This document shows, one piece after another, positions 1 to 14,447 of a DNA stretch of 64,000 nt. Below the pieces are notes generated by a model. The model was given only the letters and a program-made list of their open reading frames with translations, did not search any database and was not told where the DNA came from. This DNA is from Octopus bimaculoides. Lineage: Eukaryota. Each line of letters begins with the position of its first letter. Within the stretch, counting starts at the first letter, position 1. Where the stretch lies: positions 148,383,081 to 148,447,080 of the forward strand of contig NC_068981.1 in assembly GCF_001194135.2 (NCBI RefSeq), given 5' to 3'. The position numbers and the translations under genes are program-made.

Positions 1-264
1 AAAAACAAAATCAAGAGATTTAGTGAATAAAATTTGAAGATAAGCAACAAAGAAACAGCAGCATAGTCGAGATGGTATGTTTTCTTCTCTTACTCTTGTT
101 TTTTGCAAACATCTTCAAAATGACTTTCTAAAATGAAATTCCATTATGCAGCTGAGGAGTACATTTTCATTGTACATTCTGTGGTGTTCTCACCACATGA
201 ATAAATGGAGCTTGTACGAAACGTACGTACTGCTATTACCTATTGAATTTTTGTTGCTTATCTT

Positions 265-301
<37 letters not shown>

Positions 302-676
302 ATGCACCTCATCATCATTATCCTCATCTACTTCGAGCTTCATGCCTGTATAGGCACCACAGGTTGTTTATATGAGCATGTTCTTTTAGGTGTATGTGAG
401 TATGTGTGTGTATAGGTTTGTGTGAGTAATGATATATGAGAATATTTTGAGGAAAAGACACACTGCTGAGGATCCAACCAAATCTGTTGCAAGAATAAAT
501 GAAAAATTTAAAAGGTAAAGAAAGTAAGATATACAACGCTGAGGATCAATCATAATTATAGCAAGGTCTATTGCTTGTGGTCATGATATTGCTGATGATA
601 GAGGCAATGACCTCATTAATATCTCAGAGAAAAAAATGCTTGTGGTTCAGTTTTTGGAAAACACAAGCATGTGCAT

Positions 677-721
<45 letters not shown>

Positions 722-1637
722 ATGTTGCTTTGAAATAAGAAATCTTCTGATTTTTATCCTGTAGCATTTAAACTGGCCATGTCAACTGCTGATATAGTAG
801 AAGACACTTGCCCAAGGTGCCACGCAGTGGAACTGAACTCAGAACCATGTGGTTGCTAAGCAAGCTACTTACCACACAGCCACACCTGCGGTCTGTATAN
901 NNNNNNNNNNNNNNNNNNNNNNNNNNNNNNNNNNNNNNNNNNNNNNNNNNNNNNNNNNNNNNNNNNNNNNNNNNNNNNNNNNNNNNNNNNNNNNNNNNNN
1001 NNNNNNNNNNNNNNNNNNNNNNNNNNNNNNNNNNNNNNNNNNNNNNNNNNNNNNNNNNNNNNNNNNNNNNNNNNNNNNNNNNNNNNNNNNNNNNNNNNNN
1101 NNNNNNNNNNNNNNNNNNNNNNNNNNNNNNNNNNNNNNNNNNNNNNNNNNNNNNNNNNNNNNNNNNNNNNNNNNNNNNNNNNNNNNNNNNNNNNNNNNNN
1201 NNNNNNNNNNNNNNNNNNNNNNNNNNNNNNNNNNNNNNNNNNNNNNNNNNNNNNNNNNNNNNNNNNNNNNNNNNNNNNNNNNNNNNNNNNNNNNNNNNNN
1301 NNNNNNNNNNNNNNNNNNNNNNNNNNNNNNNNNNNNNNNNNNNNNNNNNNNNNNNNNNNNNNNNNNNNNNNNNNNNNNNNNNNNNNNNNNNNNNNNNNNN
1401 NNNNNNNNNNNNNNNNNNNNNNNNNNNNNNNNNNNNNNNNNNNNNNNNNNNNNNNNNNNNNNNNNNNNNNNNNNNNNNNNNNNNNNNNNNNNNNNNNNNN
1501 NNNNNNNNNNNNNNNNNNNNNNNNNNNNNNNNNNNNNNNNNNNNNATATATATGTACACACACACACACATGTTGATATCGAATAATGAAAATGAATACT
1601 TAACACCACACTAGTGGATAAATATTCTTTATTTTTT

Positions 1638-1814
1638 GGTTAACAAGGCTACCATTGGTTTCATGCAGAGAGAAATCTCATCAATTATCAAACCTGCTAC
1701 TTGGAATGTTGGTGCTTTCATCCAAGATGGAGATGAGCACCAATATCCCATGCAGCAAAATTGATAATTGCTGATATTTATCTTAGCATGAAACCAATGG
1801 TAGCCTTGTTAACC
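1638..1814. mobile_element. Palindromic MITE-like element
   Basis: Perfect 29-bp inverted repeat ggttaacaaggctaccattggtttcatgc (1638-1666 / 1786-1814), extending imperfectly inward by about 25 bp. Confidence 0.75.
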
Positions 1815-3575
1815 CATGAATAAAAAAAAGTACACACACACACATATGCATGATGGGCATCTACAGTTTTTGTCTATCGTAAGGCTTTGGTTGACCTGAG
1901 GCTATCATAGAAGATACTTGCCCAAGGTGCCACACAATAGGACTGAACTTGAAACCATGTGTTTGGAAAGCAAACTTCTTACCTCATAGCCACACCCACA
2001 CCTATATATATGTGTGTGTATGTGTATGTGTGTGTATGTATATATGTATACACCCCCCCCCCCCACTTACATATATATAGTGCCTGTTTTATGTTATGTA
2101 GTAAACAGTGACTAAAGACAAAATACTTTGAGTATATAATTTATTTTGGCCGGAACATGTCTGTGAGTGTGTATATATTTATATTTACATACTCACAGAA
2201 ACACACACACACATGTATATATTTGTTTATGTGTTCATAAGGCATGTATGTATAAAGTTACCAGAGAATATTTTGTTTTTCTTACATTTCATATAAACAT
2301 CCTTCTTGACACAAAGAGCTGCAAAGAGGTTATGTTATGGACCTAACCAAATTTAATACTATCCACCTCAAAAAAAAAAAAAAAAAAGGATCCTAAAACA
2401 TATAAACCAAACACTGAAGCATATGATATTAATGATCAATGATGATTACAGGCAAAAAAAAGGTTGGCTGTGATTATGATGCTACTGATAACAAAGGCAA
2501 CATCCTCTAAATAATTCACAGAAACAATGTCTGCAATTCAGTTTTCAAATGGATACATATATATCTTCCTACAAGACCACCATATATATATATATATATA
2601 TACATATATATCAGCTATAGCAATCTCACATCACTACCATTGTCATCATAAATTTTATGTCTATTTTTTCCATACTAGCATAGGTTAGATGAGTTGTCAC
2701 AGACTGAGTCTGTTCTTATTCAGAAATACTGCCCTTTTAATCTGATTGTAGATCTTATTTACCTTTCATGTCCATTTTTATGGCATTTTTTAATATAGCT
2801 AGTTGCTCTTCTTATCATCAGCTGTTTTACAGAATACACTAGATGCCTTTTATCATAGCACTCGCACCTATAGTGTATGTTGTATTTTAGAGTGATAAGA
2901 CTAAAGAGTCATCGGCTCCTACCAGTATGGGAAACAGATGTAAAATGATGATGATATGTGAATATCATATTATTTTTAACATCCATTCTTTCCAATGTAG
3001 ATTGTTGAGGCAAATTTTCTACAGTTGGATGCTCTTTCTGCTGACAAACCTCAGCTGTTTCCAAGCAAGACAAGACCTGTTTTTATGGAAGATTGGAAAT
3101 GAACCACACTGCTTACAGAACAGTGACACTTATTTACAGCTATTATGATGCCAAGGCCAGGAGATACAAATATACACATACTTTCACTCATATATACATG
3201 CCTGTTTGCTGTCCGTCAGTATATCTGTCTATATATATACACATAGACACACTCAAATGCTTCTCTCAGTTTCCATCTACCAAATCCAATTACAAGACTT
3301 TGGTTGGCCAGGAGTGATGTGGGAGAAACACTTGCCTGAGGTTCTGTACATGGGGACTGCACCCAAAACCATGTGGCTGGTAAGTGGACCTAAAACCACA
3401 CAGCCATGCATATATTTGTAACTATACATACACACACAAACGTACACACACACATGGTCTTATGCAAATCATATTAATGTGTTCATGTGGGTAGGAGACA
3501 CGTTATTCTATTGCAAAACAATAGTGTTATCAAAAGCAAAACAAAACAAAAAATAAAATCTATCAGAACAAGCTG

Positions 3576-3613
<38 letters not shown>

Positions 3614-3801
3614 CCAATTTACCTTCTTGTGAATGTCAAGATCTTTAGTAAATATACTTGTAAATGTCTGATGTCAACCTGGATAGAAATCTGTGATGAC
3701 CTCAACAGAATTCCATGATCAATATGGAATTGGTTGAGGTGGTGACTAATGAAGAAAGCATAGCCCCTCTAACTCTTTTGTTAATCAAATAATACAAATA
3801 T

Positions 3802-3892
<91 letters not shown>

Positions 3893-4949
3893 AGCAGTGG
3901 CTGCAGGCCAACAAATCAAACATTTTGGCTAGCCACCCATTCCCTGAACCAGCTATCCAATAGTCCTACCATGCTGATAGTCAACCAAATTATCACCCAG
4001 TAAACTATTCCCATAATCCATCAACCGTATACAATATGCTGACTAAACCATTCAACTAACAAAACAATTACACATATGCTGTTGTTTGATGTGAATGAAG
4101 CTTTCTGCTTTTGCAGATATTAACAGGATATATTCCATAGTCTTAACAGCATATGATAGCAACAACAGAATAACTTTTACATTTGTTCACTTGATCAATT
4201 ATTATTGCAAACCTAACAATTTACTCAACATTCATTAGTCTCTCAACTGCTCCATATGATGAAAATTTGAAAATGTCTTTGGTGAGAAACAACTCCACTA
4301 AGTCTCATATTAATAATATCTTAGGTGACAATTAGGAAACATACTTGAAAGTTCCAATGTAATGGATCAAGTCTATTATTAGAAATATCCCTGAAAGCCA
4401 GATGCAAGACTTAGTTCATGGAGCAAAGAAACATGTGGTAATTACGAGATAGAGGTGTAGGGAATTAATAAAATAAATTAAATAAAAGCAGTGATAAAAC
4501 GCCTTGTATTTAAATGATGTACTTACAAGAGATAGTGAAGTGGGCAGTGATAGAATCATGGTTCCAGAATCTATGATTGCCAACATGAGAACCTCTATGT
4601 GGTTGCTCGATCTGCTAGAAAAAGCAACCAAGTGTAGCTCAAATCACACTCTACTATCTTCAATAAAGATATGATTCATTAGTTAATGTATAAATAACCC
4701 TAAAAATGTTGACTTGGGGCCATACAACAAACAGTCTATGATTGTCTTAGAATACAGTCTCATCCAACTTTAGAACCATATTGCTGCTTGTTAATGTATT
4801 TTAGAAAATAAATAAGTTCCACTGTGTGGCACCGTGGGCAAGAGTCTTCTACTTTAGCCCCGGGCTAACCAAAGTCTTGGGAGTGGATTTGGAAGACAGA
4901 AACTGAAAAAAAGCCCATCACATATACACACATACATACATATACATAC

Positions 4950-5022
<73 letters not shown>

Positions 5023-6774
5023 TAAAATGTCTATGTTTGTCTATCTTTGTGTTTGTCCCCCATTACTGCTTGACAACCACTGTTGGTTTGTTTACATCCT
5101 GGGAACTTAGTGCCTTGCCAAAAGAGACTGATAAAATAAGTACTGGCAGTGCCTCAGCATGGCCGCAGTCCAATGACTGAAACAAGTAAAATATAAAAGA
5201 TACATACTCAACATAAATATTTTTTAAGAATTTGGAGTGGAATTGTCACAAAGAAGCATTTGGAAAGAGTGTAAAATATATGGAGTACCTAAGGGCTGTG
5301 GTGGAGTTAACATAGACAGTAAAGAGGAGATAAGCTTATACATTTTACTATTTACTTTTGTCCTTCACAGAACAGAGTTCAAAGTCCAATCTTTTTTGTA
5401 ACTCATTGGGAATGGATTGTCAGAATTTTTTAAATGCTGGAGGACATGTTTTACCATTTACGACTCATTGTGTTTTAAGTTTAAATTCTGCCAAGATCAA
5501 CCTTGTTTTCCATCCTTCCAGGGAACAGAGTATGTAAAGTACCAGTCATATAGTGGTATTCAATCCTTTAGCATTTAAGATTACTCTGTCAAGTGTAATG
5601 CTTATTTATTCACACTGTTTTGAATTAGTCATCCATTCTCTTGTAGCTTTGAAATTTTGATGATGTGATTGTATACTTTTAGAATGACATTGTAGGCTAG
5701 GTGTAAGAGGCTAGACCTGGTCAGGTCTCTCACTAAAACAATTTTGAAAATATGGGGCATATATAGCTGGTTTAAATGCTAAAGTGTTAATGTAATATTC
5801 CTGTAGAGTCTCCTATATGTGAATGGAGTTATAATACAAGATAAAAACTCTCAAGGTCAATGATATAAACATTAAGAATATACTGGCTGGGTTGATTCAG
5901 TCGACTGGCCCCTTTTCCTCCAAAATTTATGCCAATTCAGAAAAATATCCCTATGTCTATCATGAGTATTAAAAAGAAAAACCAAAAAATTGTGGTTGCT
6001 ACTTTTGGGATAATTATAAAAATATCACAAAATAAGCAATAGGTTATCAGAAACCTGGTTTTGATTCACATAGGTACTTGAAATATTAAGCAGGATGTAT
6101 ATAAGGAAGGAAAAACTTTATTGTATTCATTTCCTTTTGGATACTATTAAACATAACATTTCACCACAAAAATAAATAAATAAAAATAATAATATATATA
6201 TATATATATGAAAAAAAAAAAAAAATAAAAAGGAAATGGATAAAACCATGGATGTGTTTTAACTGAGAAGAGATACTTAAGACACATTGATGTTCCTTCT
6301 TTCAAGTAGATATCATGATAAAAGAAAACGAATATTTAAGTCAAAATTAAATTAGAATCAGTTTTTTTTATCTGCTTTCTTTTCTTTATTTCTTAACAGA
6401 CTTCTTTTGGAAGATTATTTTGGATTAACCTTACACTGAGAACAATTCTCTAAGCTGGCATGTTCCTTTAATTAAATACTAATTCTAACAACTTTAGAGC
6501 CTCTTTGCTACAAATTTAATTATAACCGTTTTTCAGCTGGTTTTCTTATTCTAGAAGAGTAAGGCTTTTACAGGCTCTACCCCCCATTCTGTAATAACTA
6601 ACTGGTTGTGCCAAATCTGGAACGAGCAGACAAGGAACTCTTTTTTTATTTTTCTCCTTTCGCTTCCTGTTTGTTTCCACCCCACCCTTCACTAATCTTA
6701 CCCCCTCCCTTATGTCTACCTATTGAAAAGGGAGGGGTATAATGAAAAGATATATATACATATATATGTAGGCA

Positions 6775-6785
6775 AGCACACGCGC

Positions 6786-6821
<36 letters not shown>

Positions 6822-6890
6822 ATAAACATATCTGTGTCTATACATATGTATGTGTAAATGTGCAGATATGTATATATATGTATATATATG

Positions 6891-6929
<39 letters not shown>

Positions 6930-7061
6930 ATGTGTGTGTGTGTGTGTGTGTATGTGCATATGTGTAAGTACATATTTACATGTGTATGTATGTGCATGTA
7001 AATATGTATGTATATCTGTATATGTGTATATGTGTGTGTATAAATATATATATGTGCGTAT

Positions 7062-7094
<33 letters not shown>

Positions 7095-7260
7095 TACACA
7101 CACATATATATATATATATATNNNNNNNNNNNNNNNNNNNNNNNNNNNNNNNNNNNNNNNNNNNNNNNNNNNNNNNNNNNNNNNNNNNNNNNNNNNNNNN
7201 NNNNNNNNNNNNNNNNNTATATATACTCATAGATGTGTATACAAATACACATATATATAA
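6775..7260. repeat. (TG)n/(TA)n/(CA)n microsatellite block containing a gap
   Basis: Directly visible; similar tracts at 680-718, 3806-3890, 4930-5020, 20590-20960, 42900-43072, 58330-58430. Confidence 0.95.
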
Positions 7261-7437
7261 AGGTCAGTTATAAGGTCTTTATAACTATTAGATTGCAATA
7301 TCCCAGAATTCCATGTTATTACAGTTCTCAGCCTAATCCAAAATACAGCAACCAAGCTGTTGATTCCTTTAGCAGCTGTTTTCTCTCAGCAGTAAATTTA
7401 TCTACAATGCTTTGATTTAGAGAGCTGCTTGATTTAA

Positions 7438-7554
7438 CCCTTCCATATTCAATGAAAATGATTGAAAGAAATACCTAATATATCTTAGATTTCTTCTTGT
7501 TTTTATATTATTTTTCATAATTGTTATTTGCCATTGTAGAATGTCTTGGAAGGG
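7438..7554. mobile_element. Minimal TTAA-flanked MITE
   Basis: TTAA|cccttcc...ggaaggg|TTAA, 117 bp. Confidence 0.6.
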
Positions 7555-8819
7555 TTAACAGACTTAGGTATTAACAGAATCTGTTGCTAGTTAGCTTTAG
7601 GTTAACTGTAATTGAAGAAACCTATGGCTGAAGACATTCCAGCATTGAAAGAAATCCATATAACTAGGACAACATTATTCTGTGACAGGAAGTAGATTTA
7701 GTTGCTATTTCTTGCAGATTAACAAACCTCATAGAGATTAGCTTGTGACAGGATCCGTTTAGAGTACAATGAGTTCATCATGAAATTATTAGTGATAATG
7801 GTATCTATCTTTAGTTGTGTGGACTAATGTGCTTAACTAGGAAGCAAAAAGAACTTTTAATCTCTTAAAATTTCATATAATCTTTAAAATGCTAGGTTAG
7901 TTTATATATCATCATCATCATCATCATCATTTAATGCCCATTTTCCATGCTGGCATGGGTTTGACAGTTTGACAGGAGCTGGCAAGCCAGAGGACTGCAC
8001 CAAGCTCCACTGTCTGTTTTGGCATGATTTTTATGGCTAGATTCTCTTCCTAATGCCAACCCCTTTTCAAAATGAAATGAGTGCTTTACGCGTAGCACCA
8101 GCATTGGCAAGGTTTGTTTTAGCATGATTTTTACATCTGGATGCCCTTCCCAATGCCAACCACTTTACAGAGTGGACTGGGTGCTTTTTACATGGAACCA
8201 ACACCAGCACCAGTGAGGTGGCACCAGCACTGGCAAGAACTATGTTCAGCTGAGTGAAGTTACCAAAGAGTTTCATGTAAGATCAAGCTTCCCTAAGTAG
8301 AAAGCATGAACGAACAATTGTCAGATACGATTGAATGATTAACTAGTAAAGTATATCCAGAACTAATTTTACTAATATATCTAAATCATGCGTATTCTGT
8401 TATTCTATATTGAGTGCATTCTTTTAAAAACTAAATAGAGATATGTATTAAGGAGTTAGTATGTGTTTTGATAGTTTTTGAGACAACTGCATGCATGTTT
8501 GAATCTTATTAGGTCTCCTTAGTGAAGCACAGTCCACATGTAAACTAGTAAACATTAAAATGACTTTGAGAAGACATAGTTTTTCTCTGTAAATTATTCA
8601 TTGATAAAGCAATTTAATATAATAATATGGGGAAATTTCCCATGGGTGCTTTCACAAACATATTATTTTCACATAAAAGCTATAACCTTGCAAATTTATT
8701 CTAAGTTAGGCTGAGGCCTCAGAAAACCAAAACATTTCTGATGCTCTCATTATAACTCCAAGAATTGGCAGAATCATTACAGTGATTGTTAAAATGCTTT
8801 GCAATATGAATTCTGGGTT

Positions 8820-9510
8820 ATAAGGCAGTGAGATGGAAGAATTGTAAGCACACCGGGTAAAATGCTTAGCAACATTTTGTCTGTCTTTATGTTCTGAGTT
8901 CAAATACCGCTGAGGTCGACTCTGCCTTTCATCCTTTCTGGATCGATAAAATAAGCACCAGTTGAACACGGAAGGGGAGGGGGGGTAATGTAATCAACTT
9001 GCCCCACTCCCGACCATGAACTTGCTGGCCATGTGCCAAAATTTGAAACCAACAATAATTCAGGGCTTAAGGCAGTGAGCTGGAAAAATCTTTAGCATGC
9101 ATAGCAGCATTTCATCTGTCTTCACGTTCGGGGTTCAAATTCCGCCATGGATGACTTTACCTTTTATGCTTTTGGGGTAGATGAATTAAGTACCAATAGA
9201 GTACTGGGGTTGATGTGATTGACTTGCTCCCTTTCTCAAAATTACTAGCTTTGTGCCAAAATTCAAAACCAATATTAATTCCGGGCTATAAAGCAGTAAG
9301 CTGGCAAAATCGTTAGTATGCTGGGTAAAATTCTTAGTGGTATTTCATCCATTTTTACATTCTGAGTTCAAATGCTGCCAGGGTTGATCTTCTCTTCATC
9401 TTTATGGGGACAATAAAATGGGTACCAGTTGAGCACTAGGGTTGATCTAATCAACTAAGCCCCACCTTTGAACTTGCTGGCCTTGTGTAAAAAATTTGAA
9501 ACCATTATTA
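8820..9510 (+). mobile_element. Three head-to-tail copies of tRNA-derived SINE family S3; other copies ~9690-9830, 14860-14990, 16590-16790, 22777-22990, 27300-28200, 34640-34868, 41555-42350, 43585-43750
   Basis: Unit taaggcagtgagctggcagaatcgttag..ttctgagttcaaat..gtcgactttgcctttcatccttt..gataaa..agtaccag..tgtgccaaaatttgaaacc(att)n. Confidence 0.82.
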
Positions 9511-9673
9511 CTGTATTTTCATTTGTATAAGGAACCCTTTCTTTGTCAAAAACTGAGTTAAAAAAATATGGGATTTCTTATACATGGATAGTATTATAAT
9601 CCCTTACAAAACCTTTTTTCCACATTTTAAGCCCCCAAAATTAGGGGGTTCCTTATACATGTTAAAATACGGT
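9509..9673. mobile_element. MITE with TAC(C/T)GTATTTT termini
   Basis: tactgtattttcatttgtataaggaaccc ... gggttccttatacatgttaaaatacggta inverted termini. Confidence 0.7.
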
Positions 9674-10556
9674 AATTTTGGGCTCTTACTGAGTTCAAAA
9701 CTCATTGAGATCAATTTTTGCCTTTCATATTTTTGGGGGTCGATAAAATAAAATACTAGTCAGGAACAGGAATTGATTTAATCGACTAACCTTCATCCCC
9801 TCTCGAATTTGTGACCTCATGCCTATGTCAGAAACTCTCATTGTTGTTATTGTTGTTTCGTACACAGACAATGAGTGTGCTCTCCTCCCCCNNNNNNNNN
9901 NNNNNNNNNNNNNNNNNNNNNNNNNNNNNNNNNNNNNNNNNNNNNNNNNNNNNNNNNNNNNNNNNNNNNNNNNNNNNNNNNNNNNNNNNNNNNNNNNNNN
10001 NNNNNNNNNNNNNNNNNNNNNNNNNNNNNNNNNNNNNNNNNNNNNNNNNNNNNNNNNNNNNNNNNNNNNNNNNNNNNNNNNNNNNNNNNNNNNNNNNNNN
10101 NNNNNNNNNNNNNNNNNNNNNNNNNNNNNNNNNNNNNNNNNNNNNNNNNNNNNNNNNNNNNNNNNNNNNNNNNNNNNNNNNNNNNNNNNNNNNNNNNNNN
10201 NNNNNNNNNNNNNNNNNNNNNNNNNNNNNNNNNNNNNNNNNNNNNNNNNNNNNNNNNNNNNNNNNNNNNNNNNNNNNNNNNNNNNNNNNNNNNNNNNNNN
10301 NNNNNNNNNNNNNNNNNNNNNNNNNNNNNNNNNNNNNNNNNNNNNNNNNNNNNNNNNNNNNNNNCACCACCACGACCATCACCACACACACACTTCTGTT
10401 GATGTTAGCATCATTATCCTGACAACTCTTACATCATATTGTGGCTGGTCTCATTATTATTGTATTTGTAACTGTCACCACCACCATCACGGCCATCATT
10501 AAAATCTAGTCTATTGACACTATGACTAAAGATATTGTAATCAATATCTCTTCCAT

Positions 10557-10596
<40 letters not shown>

Positions 10597-10957
10597 GCAG
10601 CTGCTACCACCGTCACCATCATGGACCCAACTTCTAAACACAAACACATGTGTGTGTGTGCTTGTGGATGTGTGTGTGTGTGTGTGTGTCTGTGTGTGTG
10701 TGTGTATGTGCATGGATGTGTGTGTGTGTGTGTGTGTGCGTGTATTATTCTTTAACAAGAATAGCATTGATGGTAACTTCAAAGTTTGTGGCCAGATAAG
10801 CTATCGTCAGACAGTCCGATGATGGCTTAGCTGGCCAAAACTTCAGAGTCACTGTCAATACTATTCCTGTTAAAAAATAATAAATTTATACTCTACCAAA
10901 TGTATTGCGTAATCCTTCAATTTAATGTAAAACTGTTTTTATTATAGCATAAAAACA

Positions 10958-11000
<43 letters not shown>

Positions 11001-11095
11001 CATGGGGTAGTGAGATTTGTTGGTCTCTTGGTTGTTATTTCTAGCATGTGACGTGACCACATAGTGGCCTTCTTAGCTGGTAATTGGTATTGGGG

Positions 11096-11136
<41 letters not shown>

Positions 11137-11789
11137 CACATACATAAATAGGTACAGGATGTCACTAACAGTGAACAACATGAATTACGAAAACAAATGA
11201 GTTCAATACGTAAACAACGAGAGAAACAAATGGAAAACAGGACAAGTAACGCAAAGAACGACCCTTCATCAGTTGTCGGCTGTCTATCTACTCCTCATTT
11301 CAAGTATTGAATGACAATACAAGTCTTTGAAGACATTTGCTCCCATAAGTACCAAAAGTTTGGATTTATGGAGGGTCAAAGTTGGGGAACAAAAACAGGA
11401 CAGTGGAGACATACAAGGAAACTGAATGAAAACAAACATGGAGGGTCTAACAGCTGAGTTCCAAGGAAACTAGCTTAGGTCTATGGAGAAAAATATCAGA
11501 TCAGTACAAGTTCACAAAACTTAATACATGAACTGACTTGCTGGGAAGCTGCTTTAATGTCCCCAACACTTATCCCCAATACCAATTACCAGCTAAGAAG
11601 GCCACTATGTGGTCACTTCACATGCTAGAAATAACAACCAAGAGGCCAACAAATCTCACTACCCCCATCTGTTTTGAAAGGGAGGGGTTACACTGGATGA
11701 AGATTTGTTGGGATATACTTCACAGATAAGAAACATATTAAATTACACTATAAGATAGATTTGTCATGGATGGATTTTCCTTGATCACC

Positions 11790-11953
11790 ACTGACAGCAG
11801 CAGCAACAACAGCAGCAGCAGCACTACCACTATCACCACCACCACCACCACCACCACCACCAAATGTCAGTAGGTTTTTTTTTTGTTGAGGTGTTTCATC
11901 ACACCATCTTCTTTTTCCATCCCATATAGAGTGAGGTGAACCTGTATTAGAAG

Positions 11954-12028
<75 letters not shown>

Positions 12029-12327
12029 GGAAAGAGAGAGAGAGAGGGATAGGGAGGGATGAGGGAGGGAGAGAGGGGGGAGAGAAGCAGGGGGTATTAT
12101 TGGTAGTGACTTACACCAATAGAAAATTTCCTGATAAAGAGACTTCATCAGTTATTTTCTACCGATTCCAAATCTTCTTCCTCACACCCTCCCCCCACGT
12201 AACTCCCCCACTCGCTCCTTACTTACCCATCTCGTGCCTTCCAGGCACCACCCCTACCATCACTACCAACCCATTCCCTCTTCAATCACACACACACACA
12301 CCAATTCACAAATACATCACTACTACA

Positions 12328-12370
<43 letters not shown>

Positions 12371-12390
12371 CCACCACCACTACATACTAG

Positions 12391-12441
<51 letters not shown>

Positions 12442-12720
12442 TACATACTGGTACTACTACTACTACTACTACATCCTCACCACTACCACCAGCAACAGCA
12501 CAACCAACATCACACCACCACCACCACCACCACCACCATCGCCAATACCAAAGACAATACAACCCCTCCCTTATGACAATAGTAATACTGACATAACACT
12601 GGCCCCTTCCAGCTATCACCATACCTTTCCCTTACCACCACCACCACCACCACCATTCTAACAAGAACAACAACAACAATCAGCAGCAGCAAACAATACC
12701 ACAACAACTATAATGAAAAG
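11790..12720. repeat. Compound microsatellite block: (CAG)n, (CAC)n, (GA)n, (TAC)n, (CAA)n
   Basis: Directly visible; it generates the poly-T/Y/L/H pseudo-ORFs in the track. Confidence 0.95.
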
Positions 12721-13071
12721 GAACCATAGATGGAGCCTCTACATACAACCTATCAGCTTAGAAAAAGAACAGGACACATTGGATAATGTAGTCCTAGATA
12801 AACTGTGCCTGAGTAAAAGAAAAACAAAAAAAAGAAAGTTGGAATGATCATAGGTTTGTTTGATCAATTTCGGCCTTGGGCTAAACAGCAACAAAGCAAC
12901 AGTACACCATCATGACTGTTAATAGCACCATCTCCACCACCACATTCAATAAGAACAACAGGAGCCTATGAAACCCTTGTCGACTAGCTAGAAATAGCAG
13001 CTAAATCTCCCTCCAAAGTACACCCTGCAGTTTTAAAAATGAGACACGTTTAATAATGTTGTCTAAGGCAG

Positions 13072-13260
13072 GGGTTTTCAAACTGTGGTCCACGGACCAC
13101 AGGGATTCCGCAAGGACAAGACAGGGGGTCCGTGGACAGCAAATACTTTTTATGGGCAATTTGATTTTATATATGTTTTTTAATCGAAATCTTTTAATTG
13201 ACAATAAACCTATTTGTTAAATACTGTTAAATAAATAAATGTAAAAATATATGTTATTTT
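13072..13260. mobile_element. hAT-type MITE fragment (one end)
   Basis: Starts caggggttttcaaactgtggtccacggacc, like the CAGGGGTTCTCAAA ends seen elsewhere; similar fragment at about 63264-63420. Confidence 0.55.
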
Positions 13261-14447
13261 AAGCAAATGTCTATGCATTTGAAAGAGTGAATTTGAAAGA
13301 GGAGTTACCTATTTATTTAAGGGACTCTCCTCTCCTATAAATCATCAATTTTTGAATGAAGCAATGAAGGATCCTCTACATGGTCAATCAATCTGCTAGA
13401 AATCAAATCACATTTTGCAAGTTTGAAAAAAAAAAAAATGACATATTAAACAACCGCTACCACTGTCACTGCCACCACCACCATCATCATCATCCTTTAA
13501 TGTCTGTATCCTGTGCTGGTATGGGTTGGACATTTTGACAGGATCCAATTAACCAAAGGGCTCCAGTGTCTGCTTTGGCAAAGTTTCTACATCTGGATTG
13601 CTTTTCTTAATACCAAACAATTTACAGATTGTACCAGGCACCAGCTTGAAGTCCAAAATAAACTACAGGACGGTTATGGCTAGAGTGCATTTGATGATTA
13701 TTCTGCACAAGATCTGACCAAAGCTAAACAACAACAACAATAGTAACAACTGCAACAACAGCAGAGAAGAGACACTGTAATCATTTGGGATGTTGTTTGG
13801 GAGACATAATTTTGAACTTGAAACTTATAGTAGGCAAAAACCCATGTAGGAAAGAAGAGGTATTGGAACAACGATAACAACAACAACAACAGCAATACAC
13901 CAAATTAACACAGCTGTTACTACAAACACAAACAATAGCACAGCAATAATGACAAAAATAAAACTTGAAAGAAAATGATATTTTAGACTTATATTTATTA
14001 ACACAAAACAACAACAAAAAAATAAAAACAAAAACTTCTATAAGCTTTAAGAAGTGGAGATATTTTAATTTCCGTCTGAAGTTTAAATGTTATAAAAGCA
14101 ATTGCTAAGAATCTATTGTTTGATGTCAGTATATAATGGATGCAAGAGTAATTTGAAACTCCTTTTAAAAATAAACATGTACAAAACTAGTTATATGAAA
14201 AGATATAGATGAAAAGATTATGAAAAAAAAGTATGTTCATGCACATAGGCACACATAAACACCTTTTTATGTTTTCTTTTATTTCTATTTTGAACCAAAA
14301 AGAGCAACTCCCTGACTGGAGATTAGGTTCTATCATCGAAATTCCACCCATAAAACTTCTTGGCAAAAATATTATGCTGAACTTACATGATGTCTTGTAC
14401 ATTTTTACTGTCATTGTTGTTTAGTTCTGTGTTAGCCCTGATTGAGT

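Noticed and set aside
4345-4390. Candidate exon 13 on the minus strand (ctttcag|GG...AA|gtatgt; G-IFLIIDLIHYIGTF)
   Set aside because: The phase and splice sites fit, but the match to the expected helix is only a hydrophobic pattern with an Asp and no conserved motif, and no following exon was found.
5940-6056. Minus-strand IPKVATT...LMID, spaced like IPK...MVD of SLC26
   Set aside because: The nearby acceptor gives the wrong phase (immediate stop), there is no donor, and the intervening residues are unlike the family.
768-10502. Long ORFs spanning N-runs, and poly-HT/CV/ER/T ORFs throughout the track
   Set aside because: They arise from gaps and microsatellites; no coding evidence.
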